Assembly: GCA_033442325.1 (NCBI GenBank) | Contig: JAWQFM010000016.1 | Location: forward strand, 192,097-256,096 | Direction: 5' to 3' | DNA: 64,000 bases | DNA from: Salpingoeca rosetta | Lineage: Eukaryota > Protista > Choanoflagellata | Shown here: positions 50,722 through 64,000 of the stretch, one piece after another | How positions within the stretch are numbered: the stretch's first letter is position 1 | Layout of the letters: every line of letters begins with the position of its first letter | Program-made: the position numbers and the translations under genes | Notes under the pieces: model-generated | Seen by the model: only the letters and a program-made list of their open reading frames with translations | Database searches by the model: none | Told to the model about the DNA's origin: nothing

Positions 50722-51258
50722 TTGTTTGTCTGTGTGTCTGTGTGTCTGTGTGTGTGCGCGCGCGTCTGTGCGCGCTTGTGTGTCTGTGTGTCTGCGTGTT
50801 TGCTTCTTCGTGTTTGTGTCCTCCACCAAATATATCCTGTTCAGAACACCCCTGAACCCATTCACACGTGCGCGTGCGTGTCCTCGGGTTAGAACCCGCT
50901 GGTGGAGCGCGTGCTGGCCATCTTCGATGACAACAACGACGGCGAAATCGACTTTGAAGGTGCGCGTGGTGGCAGCGGGTGTGCCGCACACACAATTACG
51001 TGTACAATATGATTACGTGATCGTGTACTCGTGTGGCTTCATACTTGACAGCATGCAACGTTTATCGCAAACACAGTGCAACTACCCTCTCCTCCGTACG
51101 CCCCCTCCCCAACAGCACACCCACTTATCTCCCTCGTGTCTTGCCGCTGGCGTGTTTGCGTTTGTATTGGACAGAGTTCATCAAGGGCATCTCGCTGTTC
51201 AGCGTGCAGGGCGACAGGGAGAAGAAGCTGCGATGTACGTGCAACCGCTGACTGTACG

Positions 51259-51292
<34 letters not shown>

Positions 51293-51795
51293 TCTGTATG
51301 ACTGTGTGTGTGTCTGTGTCTGTGTTTGTCTGTCTGTCTGTGTGTCTGTATGACTGTGTGTGTGTGTGTTTGTCTGTCTGTGTCTGTGTGTGTGTGTGTA
51401 TTTGCGCTTCATCTGTCCGTCTGCGTCCATTTATCTGCCCGTTTGTCTCTGTGTCTATTTTTGTATGCAAGCGTGTCCCATTCCTTGATTCGGAACACCA
51501 ATCCACCACCACCACCACCTCCTTCCTCATCTTCCCCGTCCTCCCCATCCTCCTCCTCGTGTTACCGCTGCGAGCAGTTGCGTTCCAGATTTATGATGTT
51601 GACTGCGACGGGTACATCTCCAACGGCGAGCTGTTCCAGGTCCTCAAGCTCATGGTCGGCAACAACCTCAAGGACTCCCAGCTGCAGCAGGTTTGGATCC
51701 ACGCACGCACACGCTTTCCTTGGTCTTGGTTTTGCGATTGCTTGGTTGGTTGTCTGTTTGTTTGCTGTTTTATGTCTGTGTGTGTGTTTGCTGTT

Positions 51796-51836
<41 letters not shown>

Positions 51837-52141
51837 TGTCTGTCTGCTGTTTTGTGTCTGTGTGTGTGTGTCTGTCTGTCTGCTGTTTTGTGTCTGTGTG
51901 TGTGTGTCTGCGCGTGTATCTGTGCGCGTCATTGTGTTTGCTTGCCTTCCTTGGCTGCTACGTTGACCTTTAGCAAACGATCCGTTCAACACACCCTCAT
52001 ACCATGCGTGCGTGCGTGGTGGCTGCTGCTGCTGCTGCTGCTGCAGATTGTTGACAAGACGATCATCTATGCGGACAAGGACGGCGACGGCCGCGTATCC
52101 TTTGAGGAATTCTGCGCAGTCAGTACACGGAGGGGTTGAGG

Positions 52142-52190
<49 letters not shown>

Positions 52191-52357
52191 ATGTGTGTGC
52201 GTGTGAACACACGTGCACACATTCATATGCACAGACAGCGCACACACACGCGCGCGCGCGTATCAGATCAGGTCATTGTTCTCACGCCCTCTTTCGCTGT
52301 CTTGTGCTGCAGGTCGTTGGGCAGTCTGATGTGCGATTGGAGCTGCCAACCATCTAA
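49905..52357 (+). CDS. PPP3R1: Calcineurin regulatory subunit B (4 EF hands, N-myristoylation MG), 9 coding exons, first exon ATG only
   Basis: M/GAQQS...; [13 protein letters not shown]; PELQQ/NPLVERV; [85 protein letters not shown]. Confidence 0.96.
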
Positions 52358-52660
52358 CCTCCCCAACACGTCATCATCACCATCATCATCATCATCGTCA
52401 CCGTTGTACCACTGCCCGCCCTTTACTGCCGTTCGCTTGGTTTCTGTGCTTCTCCTCTTGTGTCCTCTCCAAATTGCACGTGCATGACTTTTGTTGTCTG
52501 TGTGTGTATGCAACTTTCCACTTGTTTTGGCCATATGTATGTGCACTGATGCCATGCGCTGTCATGCGGTTTGATGTTTTCATGTGACATGATGTGACAC
52601 CATCCATGTTAATTCCTGTGTCCCGCCTTCAACGTCTGCTGTTGTCGGTGCATGTGCGTG

Positions 52661-52709
<49 letters not shown>

Positions 52710-53031
52710 TTGGCACCTGCTTTCCTCCTTTTGTCTTGCGTATCTGTGCATGCGCTTCTATGTGCATGTGTGTGTGTGTGTGCTGTGTGCAATAGTTGTT
52801 GCCTGTGTTGGATCTGGTTGTGCAAGAAGAGTTATGTCCTCTGTTGTTTTCTGTGTTGGCTCGTGCGCGTGTGCATACGTGCGTGCTGGCTGGCTGGTTG
52901 TTTCTTGCGCTTGTCATACCGAATAGAAGACATTCCAAAGCGAATAGAATTGTATGACACGTGTGTGGTGGTGAGACAGATGCACGTGCGCATACACGAG
53001 GCTATTGATCCTGTCCTTGTTGCTGTCCTTG

Positions 53032-55502
<2,471 letters not shown>

Positions 55503-55702
55503 CTCCTTTGCTTCTTGCTTGCTGCTTGTGTGTTTTTTGCGCGCACACAACAACAACAAAAAAAAACCAAGCGAACAACAACCACTCTTCGTGCAAGCAA
55601 CAGCAGCTGCCTCACCCACGCCCACCGTTGTCGTGCACCAGCTTGCTCCTTGACTTGCTGCCTGGCTTGCTCCCTCCCTCCCTCGCATCATCACTGCGAG
55701 CG

Positions 55703-55892
55703 ATGTCGGTGGAGTCGTTTGAGACTACGGCGTCGGGGTGGCAGCGACGAGAACCCTTCACCGTCACCGTGACCAAGCGCGATGAGGACACCCTTGGCAT
55801 CGCCTTTGCTTGCCTTCCTGGCAACCAAGGTGTGTGGGTGTCTGTGTGTGTGTGTGTGTGCGTGTGCGTGTGTCAGAGTGTGTGTGTGTCTA

Positions 55893-55948
<56 letters not shown>

Positions 55949-56587
55949 TGCGTGTGTGTGTGGGTATCTATCTGTGTGTGTGTGTGTGTGTTTGTCGGTG
56001 TGTCTATGTGTCTGTTTGCCTGCCTGTCTATATGTTTGGACTTGCTTCCTCTTGATGAGGGCTACCTAGTTTGTGCATGCAGAACATGCGCGTCGACCAC
56101 TCACCTCCCATCCGCACGACTGTTTCCACCATGGTTGCGTGCACAGGCATCTTTATTCGTGACGTGCGGCCGGGCAGCGCAGCGGATCGGAGCGGGCTGC
56201 TGGCGATTGGCGATGTGATTACGGCGGTCAACTCGCTCCCGCTGACACAGCCAACACGCGCACAAGTCGAGCAGGTCTTCGCCACCTCTGGCAACGTGCT
56301 GGAGCTCACCATCGCCGGCTTTGTGTCCCCTGAAGCCATGGACTCCTATCTGGAGTCACAAGGCATGGCCGCGAGCGACCAGTCATCCGGCAGCATGGTT
56401 GGCTTTTGCGTCTCCCTTCTCAAGGCCGTGCTTGCCTTGCCCGTCCTGTTCAGCATCTTCCTGCTCTCGGTCTTCGAGGGCTTCTCGCGTGTTGTTCTCT
56501 GGAACACGCGCAAGCTCCTCGACTCCAACCTCTCCGATCAACGCGCCGACCCAGACAACTTTCTCTTTGACATCATGATGGCCATCT

Positions 56588-56621
<34 letters not shown>

Positions 56622-57214
56622 TGTGTGTGTGTCTGTGTCTGTGTCTGTGCGTGCGTGTGTCTGTGTTGGTGTAAGTTCTTGTTTGTGCTTGTCGAACGAT
56701 GTGAGGCGAATGTGGATCGTGACGCCGCCGCATCATACAAACGCGCACGCACGCACGCGCACGCACGCACGCACACGCACGCTCTCACACACTCACAATC
56801 TCACACACACAATCTCACTCACGCACTCACACCAGGTATGGGTTTGTGTTTCCTTCGAGCGACTACGGCTTTGCGAGGCGTGTTCGGTCTCACCCGGAGG
56901 AGGAGATTGCGGCTTTGACACAGGTGCGCACCCACGCAGTGAAGACGAGCGTGGTGGACAAGAAAGGGGGACAAGGCAGATGGTGGCAACAGCAGTGCTC
57001 GCCATGGTCAACCCGCTCGCCTTGCTCAAAACCTAACGGCTCACCCCACTCAACATGTACTCATTATCCCCCCCCCCTTCGCCAACACTGACCATGCCAG
57101 GAGAGCTTGCCTGGTGGGATGACGGAGAATCTAGCGGCACCGTCGCCGCAGAGCACGCAGGTCACGTCGGTCAGCCCTGCGTCGGGCTGGAGGAGCGATG
57201 CCGACAGCCGTTAA
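55703..57214 (+). CDS. Single-PDZ protein followed by a hydrophobic (putative TM) segment; 3' exon structure inferred
   Basis: [16 protein letters not shown] (carboxylate-binding loop)/[29 protein letters not shown]...LELTI, then hydrophobic [17 protein letters not shown]. Confidence 0.75.
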
Positions 57215-57268
57215 AGCAAACACAGAGAGAGAGAGAGCATAGAGAGAGCACAGAGAGAGAGCGACAGA

Positions 57269-57402
<134 letters not shown>

Positions 57403-57781
57403 CTTTGCTGAGTCAGAGCCGATTGTGTCCTTTGAAAGTTTGAAGTTGTGACCCAACCCTTGATGCCTATTTTTGTACAGCGCAAACGTTTCGCGTGTGT
57501 CACAACCGCCATTCCATCACACTGTCGTTTTGCATGTGCCCACTTCTTCTTCTCGGCCTTGCTTGACCTTTTATGGTCGTTGTTGGCGCATTGACACATC
57601 GCTGTGGTTGGTGGCATGGTTACTGCTGCCGTCCATGCGTCTTGCTAGCGGTGTGCTGCGCCGTTATCCAAAAATAGAAGCGCGTAACTGACAGTGACAT
57701 CGAGCCAAGCGGCAGAAGGTTCGGCGCACATAATACAGAACCTGAGGCGTCAAGTCGCAACGGGTGATCGTCTAAACATAG

Positions 57782-59116
<1,335 letters not shown>

Positions 59117-59824
59117 GCGAGCGCGAGCGCCGCATACGGCTTGTCAAATGGTATTGTGTTCCTGTCTTTCTGTATGAGTGTCGTGTAGTCATGCACCGCC
59201 TCCCCCTCCCCTCCTTGCCTGCAAGCATAGTCTCTTCTCTTCATCGCCCCCTCCCCTCCTTGCCTGCAAGCACCATCTCTTCTCTTCACCGCGCTTTTCA
59301 CCTTCACCTCCACCACGACTTGTGTTGATCTCTTGTTCAATGTGAAGGCGCACGGCAGGGCGCGAACAACGCGCACTCGTTGCATCTTCGTGCTCAACCC
59401 CTTCTACACACTTGTCTCCTCCTGCCACCTCCGGTCCAAGCACTCTCGCCACAACTCAATACACACGCCAACACACCACAGTGAAAGCGACACTTGAACC
59501 AACACGACCTGCATGACAAAAGAACAGAGAAACAGAGAAACAGAGAAACGTCACACATGACAAATCACTTCATTCACGCAAAGCAAGTCCAGGCAGGCAA
59601 TTGGACAAAGGATAGAGTATCCTGCAATCCGAAATGAACAAAAAGAAAGCACTGGTTGGCAGGGTGAACATGCGTGCAACGCTTGTCTACAATGGAAGGC
59701 ATGCGCATCCACTCAAAAGAAGGGGTTGGTGACACTCATCGACACACACACACACACACACACATCTCCCATAATCTGTCGCGCATCCCTCTCTTTCAAC
59801 ACTGCCTTGCGCATCACCCCCCTA

Positions 59825-59911
<87 letters not shown>

Positions 59912-59937
59912 CACACACAAACACACACGTACAATGA

Positions 59938-60860
59938 TCATACACATTCTCTGCCATCAGTTCCTGTGCCAGTCTCTGTGCCAGGGACACTGCTGCAGTC
60001 ATCAAAGCAGGCGCCACCGGAGAGATACTGCTCGTTGGTGCACACCGTGCAGTACATCGCACCGACGTCGCTCACGAGGCAGTCGCGGCAGTTGGATGGA
60101 CACGTGCACGAGCTGCCGTCTGGGAACATGCCATCCTCGCACTGCTCCCCATCAGCACAGCTTCGCCCAAAGGAGCCTGTTCCCTGAGGAAACGTGTCTC
60201 TGAACGTGTCGCAGTTGTCGTGGCACTCGCCGTCGTACAGGTATTTCGAATCCTGGCACAGCGTGCACGCGACAACAGTCCCGTCACTCGCCACCTCGCA
60301 CACAAAGCACGAGTCGTCCATGCAATCGCACGAATCGCCGGCACTCGTGGTCCCACCGAGACAGTCAACAGGCGCCTCTGTAGTGGTTGTCGTAGTCGTG
60401 GTTGTCAGTGGGGTCGTCGTTGTAGTTGTGGTCGTGGTCGTGGTGGACGTTGTCGTGTCGTTGCTCACCATCACGCACCGGTTGCCTAGGAATGACGTAC
60501 CAGACTCCGTCTTGTCGGGGAACTGCGAGCAATCGGCGTGGCACGTGCCTTCGTTCAGGTAGTGGAAGTTGGTGCACAACACACAAGTGGATGCGTTGCC
60601 CTGGTTCTCGCACGTGAAGCAGTTGCTGTCCGCACACGTGCACGGCTCATCCGTTTCCATGTCAGTGCCACCAACGCACGTCGACACGTCTTCTGTTGTT
60701 GTAGTTGTAGTTGTAGTTGTGGTTGTAGTTGTTGTAGTTGTAGTAGTAGTTGTAGTTGTTGTCGTTGAGGTGGTGGTTGTAGTAGTTGTAGTCGTTGTTG
60801 TAGTTGTAGTCGTTGTTGTAGTTGTAGTTGTTGTAGTTGTAGTCGTTGTTGTAGTTGTAG

Positions 60861-60933
<73 letters not shown>

Positions 60934-60938
60934 AGTCG

Positions 60939-60981
<43 letters not shown>

Positions 60982-61688
60982 AGTTGTAGTTGTAGTTGTT
61001 GTTGTAGTAGTTGTAGTTGTGGATGTTGTTGTCGCTGAGGTGGTGGTTGTAGTGGAGGATGATGACGACATCGAAGTTGATGTTGATGTTGATGATGAAG
61101 ATGACGACGATGCACTCGATGATGTGGATGAGGATGTGGAGGACGACGAAGAAGAGGAGGAAGAAGTCGAGGATGATGACGAGGAGAGGGTTGTCGTGGT
61201 CGCGGTCGTGGTTGTGGTGGTCGGTGGTGACAGGGTGATGGAGCCGCTCCCTGAGTCCGTCGTCGACGTGGTCGTCGTTGTGGTCGTGCTCGCGGTGGTC
61301 GTCGTGGTTGTTGTTATGGTCGTGGTCGTGGTCGTGGTTGTCGTAATCTCCAACATTGTTGTCGTGGTAGTGGTCGTTGTTGTGGTTGTTGTGGAGGATG
61401 AAGAGGTGGAGGAGGAGGTGGATGAAGAAGTTGATGAAGAAGTTGATGAAGAAGTTGATGAAGAAGTTGATGAAGAGGTGGAGGTGGATGTGGATGAAGA
61501 CGTTGAAATGGAGCTTGATGTGGAGGTGGATGTGGATGACGACGTAGAAGCAGAGGTGGATGTGGAGGACGAGGTGGAGGATGACGTTGAAGAGGATGTG
61601 GATGACGAAGTCGATGAAGAAGTGGAAGCAGAGCTGGAGGATGAAGAGGACGTTGAAGAAGACGTGGACGACGAAGAGACAGTAGTCG

Positions 61689-61728
<40 letters not shown>

Positions 61729-62351
61729 CGTCGTGGTGGTGGTGGTGGTTGCGACAGGAGCAGCCACCATCACTTGGAACGTGTCGACATTCGTCTGCCC
61801 AGGGCCCTGGTTCTCAATACGAATGCGAAGCTGCTCACCGGTGTAAGTGGCGGCAGATGGAACCTCAAAGAAGAACTCCTGCCGGATGAACGCGCCCTGC
61901 TGCTGCGCATTCGTCGACACGCAGTACGAGGCCACGTTCACGAGCGAAGGCACAGCCACCAAAGAAATGCACGGCGAGCCAGCCTGCTGCAGGTCCATGC
62001 GCCAGCCCACCGAAAACGACACATACAGCGTGTCGAGGGCCACAAACGTGTAGTTGGTGTCCTGGCGAACCAGGGCATTCTGCAGCAGGAACAGAACCTG
62101 ATCGCCAGCGACGCTGGACACGGGTGGTGGGTATGCCTCTGGTGTGATCTTGAACACGCCCGCGGTTGGCGTGAAAATCACCCAGCCATCAATCTCCGTC
62201 ACGAACGCAGATGACCCAACATCTGGCGCCTCGAAGGACGGGTTTGCAATGTCCACATCCTCAAACGCAGCACCAGTCGATGTCGTCGTCGCATTGGTGG
62301 ACGTCGTGGTGGTCGTGGACGTGGTCGTGGACGTGGTCGTGGACGTCGTGG

Positions 62352-62424
<73 letters not shown>

Positions 62425-63056
62425 GGTGGTGGTGGTAGTCGTTGTGGTGGTAGTCGTTGTGGTTGTGGTGGTCCAAGGGTTGGGGTACACTGCGAGTGCA
62501 TCGCACCAGTACACGCGTGCGTCTGTGACGGTGGCCATCAGCGTGGGCTGCACACCGCCGTGCGCGCCAACTGTCAGGAGACACATGGCGCCCAACGCCG
62601 GGTCGCACGCCTGCACGCGTGTGCCGAGCTGGCGGGTGGTGTTGGTGGCTGGATCGCCGTCAACCTGCAGCGTTGCCGCTTCACCGTCAACACTCAGCAG
62701 CAGCGCGTGTAGCCGCAGGTCAGCGAGTGCGGCGGTGGGGAACGATACAATGCGCGCAACGTTGTCGCTCTGCGCCATAAACGTGAACCGAATGGCGGTG
62801 GCAAACGCATCGTACGACACGTGCCAGTACGTGTTGCCACGCATGTCTGTCTTGCTCACCAGGCTCTGGTCAACAGCCACGGAGGAGAAGCGCAAGGCAA
62901 ATGCAATGCTGAAGCGATCCGACACCTGCGAGAATTGCGTAATGGTGAGGCCGCGCGTTCCGTTGAACACATACGCCCCTCGACTGGTCGGTCGCACGGC
63001 ACCGTCGTTGCTCAGCGGATCAAGCATGTTCGTCACTGCAACAGGACACGGCTCAC

Positions 63057-63120
<64 letters not shown>

Positions 63121-63686
63121 GGTTGAAGCAATTGTGCTTGTGGTGGTAGTTGTTGTTGTCGTGGTGCTTGTTGTGCTTGTCGTCGTCGTCGTCGTCGTCG
63201 TAGTTGTGGTTGAAGGAACCGAGGTTGTAGTCGTTGTGCTTGTGGTCGTGCTGGTCGTGCTTGTTGTAGTCGTAGTAGTTGTCGTTGTTGTTGTTGTTGG
63301 TGCACATACTCGGATGTAGTCGCTGCAGCAGTCACCGAGGAGCACGCATTGGGAGTCGCAGAAGCAGACCGAGCTTGGTTGCGGAATTTCGTTGCAGCGG
63401 TTCACGCACGATGTTGGGGATCCCGTGCTTGGTGCCGTTGTGGTGGTGGTCGTGGTGGTGGTGCTTGTACTGACGCTAGCGCTCTCTGTGGTCGTTGTTG
63501 TTGAGCCGGTGGCTGTGGTGGTTGTGGTCACAGTTGTCGTTGTCGTTGTGCTTGTGCGGAGGCACAACTCTTCAAAGTCTGGGCAACAGTCACCGACAAG
63601 CAAGCAGAAGCTGCCATCGCAGAAGCAGCTAAAGTCACTGGAGAAGGTCTGACCACAGCGGGCACGGCAAGAATTTCCCGCAGCCG

Positions 63687-63744
<58 letters not shown>

Positions 63745-64000
63745 GGTGGTGGTCGTAGTCGTGGTTGTGGTGGTTGTTGTGGTGGTTGTTGTGGATGTTG
63801 TGGTCGTGGTCGTCGTGGTTGTTGTGGATGTTGTGGTCGTAGTCGTGGTTGTGGTGGTTGTGGTGGTGGTGGTACTAGTTGTGGTTGATGTTGTGGAGCT
63901 CGTCGTGGAAGTGAGCACGTTACCAAGTGGGCTGCAGGGAAACACGAACGCTTGGTAGAACGTGCCCGTCATTTCAAACGCGGTGGGCTCCTCGCCACCT
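59938..64000 (-). CDS. 3' portion of a large mucin-like extracellular protein: 2 somatomedin-B domains, LamG/TSPN-like domain, CBM-like domain and furin-like Cys repeats separated by poly-Thr/Ser; 5' end outside the window
   Basis: SMB: SCRARCG..CFCDGSFCLLVGDCCPDFEELC and SCVNRC..CFCDSQCVLLGDCCSDYIRVC. LamG-like: FSIAF..LHALLLSVDGEAATLQVDG. CxxC repeats: CFTCE..CVLC..YLNEGTC. Confidence 0.8.

Noticed and set aside
59199-59292. Two ~45-bp tandem copies in the E2 3' region
   Set aside because: Simple local duplication with no recognisable RNA element.

Overview
Gene-dense, intron-rich eukaryotic DNA with about 16 protein-coding genes, pervasive (CA)n/(TG)n/(CAA)n microsatellites and three N-gaps. 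The animal-like gene content in such a compact genome suggests a choanoflagellate such as Salpingoeca rosetta (inference). Genes in order: 3' end of a ryanodine receptor (+), Obg GTPase GTPBP10 (-), CYP7/8/39-clan P450 (-), ERCC8/CSA (+), CENP-E-like kinesin-7 (-), PH-domain RasGEF (+), EGF-repeat single-pass receptor with a tyrosine-motif tail (+), Apollo/DCLRE1B (-), DPH7/WDR85 (+, with an exact 1311-bp internal tandem duplication), MRI1 (-), SURF4 (-), calcineurin B (+), TIMMDC1-like (-), PDZ + hydrophobic-segment protein (+), UBE2D-like E2 (+), and the 3' part of a multidomain mucin-like protein (-). Most listed ORFs are microsatellite or antisense noise. The most interesting signals are: (1) an intron polarity with G/T repeats after donors and complementary C/A repeats before acceptors, suggesting splicing aided by RNA structure; (2) a kinase-less EGF receptor with 21 YxxPhi motifs in its last exon, partly expanded by tandem DNA repeats; (3) a mucin carrying a bacterial-looking beta-sandwich module; (4) a P450 with a prostacyclin-synthase-like I-helix. 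All homology calls come from recalled motifs, not database searches.
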